Source: Candidatus Thorarchaeota archaeon
GTDB lineage: Archaea > Asgardarchaeota > Thorarchaeia > Thorarchaeales > Thorarchaeaceae
Length of the DNA stretch: 17,119 nucleotides
Direction of reading: 5' to 3'
NCBI GenBank assembly: GCA_016840855.1
Contig: JAEORO010000082.1
Coordinates: 1 to 17,119 of the forward strand
Below, piece by piece: positions 1 through 8,319 of the stretch. The notes under the pieces are model-generated. The model saw nothing but the letters and a program-made list of their open reading frames with translations, had not been told where the DNA came from and did not search any database. The position numbers and the translations under genes are program-made. Positions within the stretch are counted from its first letter, which is position 1. The number at the start of each line of letters is the position of its first letter.

Positions 1-97
1 CAGTCAAGTTATCAACCTCAAACACATCCTTACTGTGCAGTTAACAGCTAGATAGATTAGTTGGTCCACACAAAGATTGTGTGACTAATTCGGAGTA

Positions 98-1342
98 GTG
101 CTGATGAAGGTTCTCCATTTATGTGATAGTCTTAATCCTGCGGGTCTTGGTGGGTATGAGTCGTATTTACATTATCTCTCCCAGCAGCTAGCAGACAGAG
201 GTCATGAGTCTGTAGTTGTAACTCAATCTGCAAGAAGAGATTCACCAGAATATATCGACTTTGAATGCTATCGCATCTACAATCTTCAAGGAAATCTCTT
301 AGAAGCTAGAAAGTGGGAATTCTTCTCCTTGTCCGAAAAAGAACGACTGAAATCCGTTGACAAGATGTTTCAGTCGGATGATCTGATATTGAATGTCACC
401 GCTCTTGAACAACAGCTCTCTAGTCTGATTAAGACTGTCAAACCGGACCTTGTTCATGCACACAGTCCCTATGTTGTGTTTAATCGTGTTATTGGAAAGA
501 TACGAGAACATGAGAATTTTAGGAGCTTGCCAATACTGGCAACGATACATGGAAGGCCAAAGCCTCTGGTCTTACCAGATGGTAGGAAAACGACAGACTA
601 TGATGCATTTGCTGATGAGTGCCCATTTGATTTGATTCTTGCAGTAAGTAATAATGTAGCAGATGTGTTGGGGAGATATTTGAAGAATAGGAACAAGTCC
701 ATTCCAATTCGTACATTATATCTAGGTGTGGACTTGTCAGTGTTCTATCCGCAACAAGATGTGTCGAAAAAGTGGGACATCGCCTTTCTTGGAAGATTTG
801 AAGCGATGAAGGCAGTCGATCTGTTTCCTGAGATGCTTGGTCTTCTAAAACAAGAGTTTCCGAAGCTGAGATTCCTGTTGACAGGAGAAGGATCTCTGAA
901 AAATCAGGTATTCGAGGGATTTGAACGAGATGGTGTTTCAAGTATGGTTGACTATCTGGGTGTCGTGAACACAGATAAAGTACCAAACCTCATCAACCAG
1001 TGTCGGGTGTTTATTTATCCATCTCGAGAAGAACCCTTTGGTCTATCAATTCTGGAAGCAATGGCATGTGGAGTTCCTGTTGTGACAACTAATGTGTTCG
1101 GGCCCAGTGAAATCATCACGAACAATATTGATGGTTTGACTGTACCTCCAGAGAATGTGGACGAACTTGTTCATGCAATTGCATTTTTGATGAAAAACGA
1201 GGATTTTCGAGCAAGAATTGGCGAAAATGCGAGAAAAACAGTAGAATCTAGATTTGACATCAAACAACATTATGATAGGTTAATCCAGTTGTATCAAGAA
1301 CTGATTGATGAAAAGAAGAAATCAGATAATGGGACTCTGTGA
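98..1342 (+). CDS. Glycosyltransferase family 4 (GT-B fold)
   Basis: N-terminal MKVLHL...GGYE, PDLVHAH, FLGR...K and the GT4 signature EPFGLSILEAMACGVPVV. GGAG at 92-95; start is GTG 98 or ATG 104. Confidence 0.93.
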   Translation: MLMKVLHLCDSLNPAGLGGYESYLHYLSQQLADRGHESVVVTQSARRDSPEYIDFECYRIYNLQGNLLEARKWEFFSLSEKERLKSVDKMFQSDDLILNVTALEQQLSSLIKTVKPDLVHAHSPYVVFNRVIGKIREHENFRSLPILATIHGRPKPLVLPDGRKTTDYDAFADECPFDLILAVSNNVADVLGRYLKNRNKSIPIRTLYLGVDLSVFYPQQDVSKKWDIAFLGRFEAMKAVDLFPEMLGLLKQEFPKLRFLLTGEGSLKNQVFEGFERDGVSSMVDYLGVVNTDKVPNLINQCRVFIYPSREEPFGLSILEAMACGVPVVTTNVFGPSEIITNNIDGLTVPPENVDELVHAIAFLMKNEDFRARIGENARKTVESRFDIKQHYDRLIQLYQELIDEKKKSDNGTL

Positions 1343-1349
1343 GTCCCAT
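1329..1349. terminator. Perfect 9-bp inverted repeat between convergent genes; candidate bidirectional terminator or 3' stabiliser
   Basis: ATGGGACTC-TGT-GAGTCCCAT overlaps the GT4 stop codon (1340-1342) and ends 8 nt from the IPK stop. There is no U-tract. Confidence 0.45.
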
Positions 1350-1357
1350 ACCACATA

Positions 1358-2176
1358 CTAGTCGCTAACTATTCGGGTACATCTGACTTCTTTTCCTCTG
1401 AGAAGTTCAGTCAAATTCCCTTCCTTCATCATGGAAAGCAGAACAACGTCTAAACCACTGGAGATGAGATCACTGGCTGTACTGATGGAATACAGCTTTC
1501 CCTTCATAGATCCACTAGCGTCTGCAGTCCTTTTTTGTTCCATGTCTTTTAGAATATCTCGAAGCCTTGTGAGAGTTAGTCGGTCAATCAACTTTGCATC
1601 AGCATTTGATCGAGGGTTATCATCATAGAATCCTGAAACATCCATAGCATAGATTAACCTCTTGGCTTTGAGTTTACGAGCGAGCTCAACAGCTAATAGG
1701 TCCCCACTACCAACACTGAACCCCATAGCTGTATCATAGAGGAGATCACCTCCCAGCAAAGGAATCATCCCTAGAGAAACCCAACCCTCAAGCGGTTCAA
1801 AGAATGTTTTGACAATTCGCATCTTCTCAGCCACAATCATTGATGAGGGATGGAGAAGGTTGACAGGGAGACCAGCTTCTTGGAATTCTTTGGTTATCAT
1901 GTGTCTAAACTCATTGACCACGCGTTGTGTCTTAGAGAGGGGGATGAACTGCTCAGGGCTTGTGTAGCCTTTATGGAGTTTGTACTCAAGGACAGGAGGG
2001 TGGCCAAATGAACCAACACCATGAACAATCACAAGAAACTCAATGAGACCCTCGTCCATACAAGATTTGATTTCATGCGCTGTGGACTTCATGACAGATT
2101 CTCTTGCCTCATATGGTTTCGACTTGTCTGTCAGTAGAGAACCACCCAGTTTGATAACTGTGAGGTCTTTTCCCAT
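1358..2176 (-). CDS. ipk: Isopentenyl phosphate kinase (amino acid kinase family)
   Basis: VIKLGGSLLTDK, VHGVGSFGH with the IPK-type His, SGD, MDVSG and DASGSMKGK motifs. GGTGA RBS 7 nt before the ATG. Confidence 0.88.
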   Translation of the reverse strand: MGKDLTVIKLGGSLLTDKSKPYEARESVMKSTAHEIKSCMDEGLIEFLVIVHGVGSFGHPPVLEYKLHKGYTSPEQFIPLSKTQRVVNEFRHMITKEFQEAGLPVNLLHPSSMIVAEKMRIVKTFFEPLEGWVSLGMIPLLGGDLLYDTAMGFSVGSGDLLAVELARKLKAKRLIYAMDVSGFYDDNPRSNADAKLIDRLTLTRLRDILKDMEQKRTADASGSMKGKLYSISTASDLISSGLDVVLLSMMKEGNLTELLRGKEVRCTRIVSD

Positions 2177-2197
2177 ACTTCTGTCACCTACTAGATT

Positions 2198-2995
2198 CTA
2201 TATTGTGAGCAAAGTGAATGGCCACCAAGCTGGAATCAAATAGATGAAAAGAGCCACTATTACAATCACTGCAATTGGAACAGTCCAGTTGTCTAGATTA
2301 GGAGGTGAGATAGCCTCCACGAATGTAGCGACTAAACTGATTACCAGAATTGGCAAGAGAAGCATCACTAGATCGAATGCTGCGAACTCGAAAGAGAACA
2401 TTGCAATCAGGATATAGCTAAACAGGAATGATCCAAAAAACATACCAATGGACCCTGCAATGGTCTTCTCTGCACCGCCTATTCCAAACTTACGTTCTCC
2501 ACCATATTTTCGTCCGATCACATCTGCAAGACCATCGCCACCGGCTAGGCAGCCAAGAATGACAAAGGCCGTCGGATTTGGAGGGATATAGAACCACAGA
2601 ACAGTGACGATGACAATCATGATGGCATAGTACAGTGTTCCTTTCAGTAGCTCGCGGGGATCCCCTGAACGTGACATAGATACAACAAAAGCCTCATTCT
2701 TTACTTTTCCACTACCGATTCCTATGAAAAGGAGTACAAAAAGGATGGGCACTATCATTGCTATGTAACGGCTGAGGATTTCTCCAGAATAGAGATACCA
2801 TGTCAAGAGAAAGACCGGTGCAGCAAAAATGTGCACAATCTTTCTGGTTACATCTGAAGAGAGTTTCCCACTCTTCTGAATAGCACCATTAACCAGTACT
2901 ACTAGCATGACCGCAAATATTGAGATTATCATTGCCACAATATCCCAAATCCATGCTAGATTTGGACCAAGGGGGTTGAACACCAATCGTTTCAT
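2198..2995 (-). CDS. Polytopic membrane kinase of the phytol/farnesol/dolichol kinase (SEC59/DGK1/VTE5) family
   Basis: Many hydrophobic helices, RKIVHI, G(T)LYY, GDGLADVIGRKYG, KTIAGS and EAISP..LDNWTVP motifs. Ends 21 nt upstream of ipk on the same strand. Confidence 0.85.
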   Translation of the reverse strand: MKRLVFNPLGPNLAWIWDIVAMIISIFAVMLVVLVNGAIQKSGKLSSDVTRKIVHIFAAPVFLLTWYLYSGEILSRYIAMIVPILFVLLFIGIGSGKVKNEAFVVSMSRSGDPRELLKGTLYYAIMIVIVTVLWFYIPPNPTAFVILGCLAGGDGLADVIGRKYGGERKFGIGGAEKTIAGSIGMFFGSFLFSYILIAMFSFEFAAFDLVMLLLPILVISLVATFVEAISPPNLDNWTVPIAVIVIVALFIYLIPAWWPFTLLTI

Positions 2996-3359
2996 GCCTC
3001 CATATGTTTGTTGATTGTCACCAACTTTCTAAAACGGGGGCTATAAGTCTGCTCAGAAACCATTTTTCATTGGAACACGTGTTCTAGATTCATTATTCAG
3101 GGTTTCAAATCAATTTTCAGTGTATCCTTCTCCAATATTCAAAATCCTCTTCACGGTCCAGCAAGAATATTCAAGTCGGAAGCACCACTTAAGAATGTTT
3201 AAGAGCGATAGAATGCCATTCAAGCTGGAAAGAAGTTTTTCAGAGGAGTACGGACTCCGACTCTCATTCCAGCAATCAAAGTAAGTAATTGCAGAACTAT
3301 AGTAGTAATCTTTTGACATTTTCAAGGTGAATCTATTCTGCTCATTGGAGAGATGGCAG

Positions 3360-5009
3360 ATGACCGAAGAGATTGACCTCTTCATCCAAAATGGAACAAT
3401 AGTGAATGGCTCGGGAAGCAAGCCGTTCAAAGCTGATGTTTGTGTAAATGATGGAAAAATCACTTATATCGAGTCAGATTGTTCAGCTGATGCTAAAGTT
3501 ATTCTTGATGCAAAAGGACTGGTTGTTTGCCCAGGCTTTATTGACATTCACAGTCATTCCGGTACGAGCATACCGTTTGATAATAGACTCGAGTCAATGA
3601 TTAGACAAGGTGTCACTACCTCTGTTATTGGTAACTGCGGATCTTCTCTTGCTCCAATCAACGATGATACAATCGATATTATCCAGTCAGAGTTTGATGT
3701 CTTTTCACCTCCTGGTCATAAACTGAAAATCACATGGCACAGTTTTCGAGAATATCTTGAGATTTTGGAAAAGACTGAAACACCGATTAATATGGCCACA
3801 CTTGTTGGTTTTGGAACTGTTAGAATCGCAGCAGGACCAGCAGTTGATAACCGGAAACCTACAATGAAAGAGCTAGCAAATATGAAGGCCTGTATCGCAG
3901 AGGCAATGGAGGCTGGAGCATTCGGACTAAGTACAGGGCTATTTTATGCTCCACAGACCTTCGCATCAACTGAAGAGATTATTGAGTTGGCAAAGACTGT
4001 AGCAAAACACAACGGGATATATGCCTCCCATATCAGAGGAGAAGGAGCAACAGTGGTCCAAGCTGTTAAAGAACTGATTCATATTGTGGAGAAGTCGGGT
4101 TGTAGAGGAGGACAGATTTCACACCACAAAATAGCTGGGAAACCCTATTGGGGGACAAGCAGAGTTACTCTCAGGCTTATTGCGAACGCGAATAGTCGTG
4201 GCATTCGAATAACGTGTGATCAGTATCCCTATAATCGTGGGATGACATCATTAATTTCCGTACTGCCTCCATGGGTTCATGAAGGGGGAATGGAAATGAT
4301 CCTTGATCATCTAAGAACGCCTACCTCTCAAATGCAAATTACAAGAGATGTTAATGGTGGAGTTGAGGGATGGGAGAACATAATCAAGGAAGTAGGATGG
4401 GATGGTATCTATATAGCATCAGTGAAGACTAGCAAGTGGAGGAGTGCTCAAGGGAAAAGCCTACAACAAATAGGGGAGGAACGCGGGTACTCAGACTACT
4501 TCACACTACTCTTCAAAATTCTACTTGATGAAGCTGGAGAGGTCTCTATGACTATCGAGAGCATGGGTGAAGAAGATATTCGACGTATAATGAAAGACAA
4601 GCACACAATGATAGCGACTGATGGATGGGGTATTTCTCCGAGTGGAGTTTTCAGCAACATTAAGCCGCATCCTCGATCCTATGGAACATATCCAAGAGTC
4701 CTTAGGAAATACGTCAGAGAAGAAAAATTATTGACTTTGGAAGAGGCCATCTGGAAAATGTCTGGACTCCCAGCAGAAACACTTGGACTTAGGAACCGAG
4801 GGTTGATACGAGAGAGATTCTTTGCGGATATAGTTGTATTTGATTCGAAAAAGATACGAGATAAATCCACTTTCCTCATACCTCATCAGTTTCCAGTAGG
4901 AATACAGTATGTGATTGTTAATGGAGAGATTGTTGTAGATGATGGCACACAGTTTGATGTCTTCCCAGGCAAAGTTCTCAGAAATGAAACAGAGATGACC
5001 TCAACTTAG
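3360..5009 (+). CDS. N-acyl-D-amino-acid deacylase (D-aminoacylase-like amidohydrolase)
   Basis: PGFIDIHSHS metal motif, GNCG, HIRGE, SHHK, DQYPY, PHPRSYGTYPR and ADIVVFD. ATG 3360 (after GGAG) is preferred to GTG 3327. Confidence 0.88.
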   Translation: MTEEIDLFIQNGTIVNGSGSKPFKADVCVNDGKITYIESDCSADAKVILDAKGLVVCPGFIDIHSHSGTSIPFDNRLESMIRQGVTTSVIGNCGSSLAPINDDTIDIIQSEFDVFSPPGHKLKITWHSFREYLEILEKTETPINMATLVGFGTVRIAAGPAVDNRKPTMKELANMKACIAEAMEAGAFGLSTGLFYAPQTFASTEEIIELAKTVAKHNGIYASHIRGEGATVVQAVKELIHIVEKSGCRGGQISHHKIAGKPYWGTSRVTLRLIANANSRGIRITCDQYPYNRGMTSLISVLPPWVHEGGMEMILDHLRTPTSQMQITRDVNGGVEGWENIIKEVGWDGIYIASVKTSKWRSAQGKSLQQIGEERGYSDYFTLLFKILLDEAGEVSMTIESMGEEDIRRIMKDKHTMIATDGWGISPSGVFSNIKPHPRSYGTYPRVLRKYVREEKLLTLEEAIWKMSGLPAETLGLRNRGLIRERFFADIVVFDSKKIRDKSTFLIPHQFPVGIQYVIVNGEIVVDDGTQFDVFPGKVLRNETEMTST

Positions 5010-6422
5010 ATGGGATGTCACTGTAGGAAATTCGACACCTTTGTTAGCGTCTTCAACTTCTCTTAACGAGTCTGTGAATATATCAAGTCCCGCCTCTGCT
5101 AGTTCCTTTGTTAATACAAGAGGAGGCATAAATCGAACAACATTGGAGAAATGACCTCCGATCTCTACTATGAGCCCTCTTTGATAGCATGCTGTCCGAA
5201 TCTCCTTAGCAAATTCAGTCCAAGGTTTCTTGCTCTTCTTATCCTTTACGAATTCAATACCTAACATCAGTCCTTTTCCACGAACATCCCCGATAAACCT
5301 GCTTTCCTCTTTTAGTTCTTCAAGGCGTGGAAGGAAGACCTCTTCACTCAGCCTATCAGCATGGTTCCATAGCTTGTGCTTTTTGATGAATTTTAATGTT
5401 GCAACTCCAGCTGCTAGTGCAACAACATTGCCTCTGAATGTTCCTACATGCGCACCCTTCTCCCAAGTATCAAGCTTTTCATCGAAAACTAAGGCTGACA
5501 ATGGAAGGCCGCCTCCAATTCCTTTGGAGATTGTCATTATATCGGGAATAATACCTGAATGTTGGAAAGCCCACATCTTGCCAGTTCTACTCATACCTGC
5601 TTGAATTTCATCTACAATGAGAAGGACACAATATTCAGTTGAAATTCTTTTGACTTCCTTAAGAAACTCATCAGGGGCTGGAAGTGATCCTGCTTCTCCT
5701 TGAACAGCTTCTATGATTATAGCTGCTGGGTCAACGACTCCGGACTTCGGGTCCTCCAATACATGTTCAATAAAACTAGCGCATTCAAGACTACAATCAG
5801 AATACTCTCTCCCAAAAGGGCAGCGGTAGCAATAAGCATAAGGTAAAAAGTGCACCTCAGGAATCATTGGCATTAGGCTTTGTTTCAATGATTTGTTTGC
5901 TGTCAATGTTATTGCCCCAGCGGTCATTCCGTGGTATGCCCCTTCAAAGGATATCATTCCAATCCGACCAGTATTGAACTTCGCTAGCTTCATCGCTGAT
6001 TCAACTGCGTCCGAGCCTGTCGGAGCAACAAAGAGAAGCTTAGCGATATTCCTGAATTTCGTAGGCAGAACTGAGAGGAGTTCATCTACAAGTTCCATTC
6101 GAATAGGTGTTGGAAAGTCTAGAGTATGAGTTAGTTTCCCCATCTGCACCTTTGCTGCTTCGACAACTTCAGGATTACAATGCCCTACGTTTAAGACTCC
6201 TGCACCAGCAAAGAAATCGATGTAGATATTTCCATCAACATCTTTCAAGGTTGCTCCTTTTCCCTCTGCAAAAGCTACTGGAATTGCCTTAGGATATGAT
6301 ACTGCTGCACTTTCTGCGTAGTCTTGTTTTTGTAACATTTCTTTTGATCGAGGTCCAGGAGGCTTTTCAAAAATCATCGCTGAATTGGAAAGATGCAGGT
6401 TTCTAAACTTATCATCTAACAT
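5001..6422 (-). CDS. Class III PLP aminotransferase, diaminobutyrate-2-oxoglutarate transaminase (Dat/EctB)-like
   Basis: ESAAVSYP, DFFAGAGVLNVGH, HTLDFPTP, PTGSDAVE, YHGMT, EAVQGEAG, DEIQAGMSRTG, SKGIGGG (PLP Lys) and HVGTFRGN. GGAGGT RBS. 3' end overlaps the deacylase by 9 nt. Confidence 0.85.
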   Translation of the reverse strand: MLDDKFRNLHLSNSAMIFEKPPGPRSKEMLQKQDYAESAAVSYPKAIPVAFAEGKGATLKDVDGNIYIDFFAGAGVLNVGHCNPEVVEAAKVQMGKLTHTLDFPTPIRMELVDELLSVLPTKFRNIAKLLFVAPTGSDAVESAMKLAKFNTGRIGMISFEGAYHGMTAGAITLTANKSLKQSLMPMIPEVHFLPYAYCYRCPFGREYSDCSLECASFIEHVLEDPKSGVVDPAAIIIEAVQGEAGSLPAPDEFLKEVKRISTEYCVLLIVDEIQAGMSRTGKMWAFQHSGIIPDIMTISKGIGGGLPLSALVFDEKLDTWEKGAHVGTFRGNVVALAAGVATLKFIKKHKLWNHADRLSEEVFLPRLEELKEESRFIGDVRGKGLMLGIEFVKDKKSKKPWTEFAKEIRTACYQRGLIVEIGGHFSNVVRFMPPLVLTKELAEAGLDIFTDSLREVEDANKGVEFPTVTSHLS

Positions 6423-6742
6423 ACTGACTGAACCTCCATAATAAACAGAAGTTACGGTTGTCAGGAAATAGGGTTATGATTTCCTGGTGCTCCGATTATT
6501 TCGTTGTATTAAACGACAAATTTGCCTATAACCATTTATCTAGGATGCAAAAATGGAACTATATCAAATATTTGACATTTTGGAAAAAAATACTACTGTG
6601 GGAAGTTTTTGGGCGTTCTACTTCGTATTTTAGAGGTCAAGAAAGCACTGATTTTATGGCTCCATATTGTGATTCATTGCTAGAACTAAGGACCTTAAAG
6701 TTGGTCATAGTCTAGAACTGATGAAATGCAAATTGCTAGAGA

Positions 6743-6805
6743 AATGAGTTAAATAGATGTTATTTACTAATTAATTATATACCCAAATTGGAGGGTTTCG
6801 TCAAA
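6743..6805 (+). promoter_or_regulatory. BRE/TATA-like promoter and RBS of microprotein copy 1
   Basis: AATGAGTTAAATA (6743-6755) and GGAGGGTTTC (6790-6799) both recur exactly upstream of copy 2. Confidence 0.7.
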
Positions 6806-7033
6806 ATGAAAAAAGGAGTAGCAGGACCACGCTTTATAGGTCAACTAATCATGGGAATTCTAGAAATTGTCGTGATTTTTGCTGTCATAATGTATGTAAA
6901 TGAACTTGGTGGCACACTAATCACCGGAAGTACATATGGTAACATGATAACTTGGGGTGTGCTGGCGTTTGTAGTTGTCCATGGTTTGTGGCGCATCGTT
7001 GATTCATTCACTACATGGCGTAATGCTGACTAG
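6806..7033 (+). CDS. 75-aa membrane microprotein, two predicted TM helices (copy 1)
   Basis: 59/75 identical to 15177..15404 with many third-position changes. The strong RBS and the paralogue fix the start at ATG 6806, not TTG 6788. Confidence 0.88.
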   Translation: MKKGVAGPRFIGQLIMGILEIVVIFAVIMYVNELGGTLITGSTYGNMITWGVLAFVVVHGLWRIVDSFTTWRNAD

Positions 7034-7082
7034 ATACTGGCAAGACAACTCATAATATCAGAATTATCACAGCACAATTTAT

Positions 7083-7116
7083 GGGGATTTTTAGTAAATC
7101 CCCTTTTTCCTTTTTC
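7083..7116 (+). terminator. Hairpin plus U-tract terminator of microprotein copy 1
   Basis: GGGGATTT-TTAGT-AAATCCCC followed by TTTTTCCTTTTTC. Confidence 0.75.
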
Positions 7117-7188
7117 AATTAGAGAGCAATGGGTTCATGTATTTCTCAAAAATTTAGCACTTCAACAAGGAACTCAATAATTCTGGTC

Positions 7189-7208
7189 CTACCGACATCT
7201 GTCGGTAG
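7189..7208. promoter_or_regulatory. Palindromic operator upstream of the HTH-10 regulator
   Basis: Perfect CTACCGACA-TC-TGTCGGTAG, 2 nt before TATA-like TTCATATA (7211-7218), which is about 26 nt before ATG 7242 (leaderless geometry). Confidence 0.75.
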
Positions 7209-7241
7209 AGTTCATATATGCTAAATGCTAGCGTATAAAGT

Positions 7242-7955
7242 ATGGCGTTATTCGAGATTGTATTCAGGGCAAGATATCAGAGTCCTTTTGGTCAAATAAC
7301 TGAGAACCACCCTTCAGCTAAAATCTTTCAATGGTGTAATGACGAGTATGATATTATAGAGTTAATCTTGCAGAAAAAAGAAGATTATGATGAGATACGC
7401 GAGGATTTTACAAAAGCTGTTGAGATAATTGATGAGATACACAATGGTGGGAACGCACACGTAATCACTCGGATGTGTGCATGCGGAGGTAAAGGTACAG
7501 TACAAAATTACATCAAGGATCCAACCCTTCTTTTGATACCGCCAATTGCATATGAAGAAGGATGGGAATACCTTAGGTTGATTGGTTTTAGACACGAGAG
7601 TGTTAAGACACTTCTTAGCAGATTAGGGGAAGATGGATTTAAGGTAGAGATACTTAGAAAGAAACCGTTCGATGGCTATATTGCTAGTTCTTTAACACTC
7701 ACAACGGATGCGTTGTTCTCGGGATTGACAGACAAACAGGTACATGCTCTCTTAACAGCATATGCACAGGGATACTTTAGATTTCCAAGAGGATCAGACC
7801 TTCAAACAATCGCATCTAAAGAGAAGATATCAAGAACCACCTTTTTAGAGCATTTGAAAAAAGCAGAGAACAAAATAATCACTGCGCTCATTCCTCATAT
7901 CCAATTATTTAGGCGTGTTCCTCAAGACCGAAAAGATGCCATGAATTTTGTCTGA
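7242..7955 (+). CDS. Archaeal transcription regulator with a C-terminal HTH-10 (bacterio-opsin activator-type) domain
   Basis: C-terminal LTDKQ..ALLTAY..GYFRFPR..DLQTIA....ISRTTFLEHLKKAENKII is the HTH-10 pattern. The N-terminal putative sensor domain has QWCN and CACG. Confidence 0.9.
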   Translation: MALFEIVFRARYQSPFGQITENHPSAKIFQWCNDEYDIIELILQKKEDYDEIREDFTKAVEIIDEIHNGGNAHVITRMCACGGKGTVQNYIKDPTLLLIPPIAYEEGWEYLRLIGFRHESVKTLLSRLGEDGFKVEILRKKPFDGYIASSLTLTTDALFSGLTDKQVHALLTAYAQGYFRFPRGSDLQTIASKEKISRTTFLEHLKKAENKIITALIPHIQLFRRVPQDRKDAMNFV

Positions 7956-7986
7956 GAGTTCGATTAGACTGTTCATAAGAGGATGA

Positions 7987-8059
7987 GAAAAAAGAAAGAG
8001 GTGCCTTCATTTGTATCGTTATAGAGAGAGTATATTCTCAGTGCCTCTGCACCTCCTTT
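7987..8059 (-). terminator. Structured 3' region and U-rich terminator of the small minus-strand gene
   Basis: On the minus strand, GAGGTGC...44 nt...GCACCTC is followed by TTTCTTTTTTTC. Confidence 0.5.
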
Positions 8060-8275
8060 TTACCTGAAGAATGAAACTCTGTGAGATAGTACGAGAGCAT
8101 GTGTTTTTCTGTATTCCAGATCACGTAATGCTTCTTGTTGTGCTAGGTATTTCCGATATCTTCTCGCTTCCTCATCATATTCGCTATCTTGTATTGCAGA
8201 ACTCTTTTCCTCACGCTCGAAGGACTCAGATAAGTCCACTATGGGGATTGTTTGCTGCTTTTGTATGCAAGTCAT
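8060..8275 (-). CDS. Small charged hypothetical protein (71 aa; acidic middle, basic helical C-terminus)
   Basis: GGTGA RBS 5 nt before ATG 8275, operator-like repeats upstream and a U-tract downstream. No family recognised. Confidence 0.7.
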   Translation of the reverse strand: MTCIQKQQTIPIVDLSESFEREEKSSAIQDSEYDEEARRYRKYLAQQEALRDLEYRKTHALVLSHRVSFFR

Positions 8276-8319
8276 TTCTATCACCAATTAAGTTGCCTAA
8301 AAAACTAACATAACCTTTG

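Noticed and set aside
1340-1460. UGA stop of GT4 inside a hairpin as a possible selenocysteine or readthrough signal
   Set aside because: The GT4 domain is complete and readthrough would run antisense into ipk; a terminator-like role is simpler.
3224-3273. SECIS-like look on the minus strand (ATGA...TGA in a stem)
   Set aside because: The upper helix is too short and irregular, there is no apical AA, and I saw no UGA-interrupted gene nearby.
3110-3463. 117-aa minus-strand ORF, and a 54-codon plus-strand frame at 3120-3284
   Set aside because: The first overlaps the deacylase start on the opposite strand. Neither has a recognisable motif or RBS.
5001-6422. PLP amino acid racemase partnering the D-aminoacylase
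   Set aside because: It keeps Glu in VQGE, typical of omega-transaminases, and shows Dat/EctB-type motifs.
6458-6715. 85-aa ORF in the AT-rich divergent intergenic region
   Set aside because: TTG start, no RBS, atypical composition; likely promoter DNA.
8071-8313. 80-aa plus-strand ORF
   Set aside because: Antisense shadow of 8060..8275, which has the RBS, operator and terminator.
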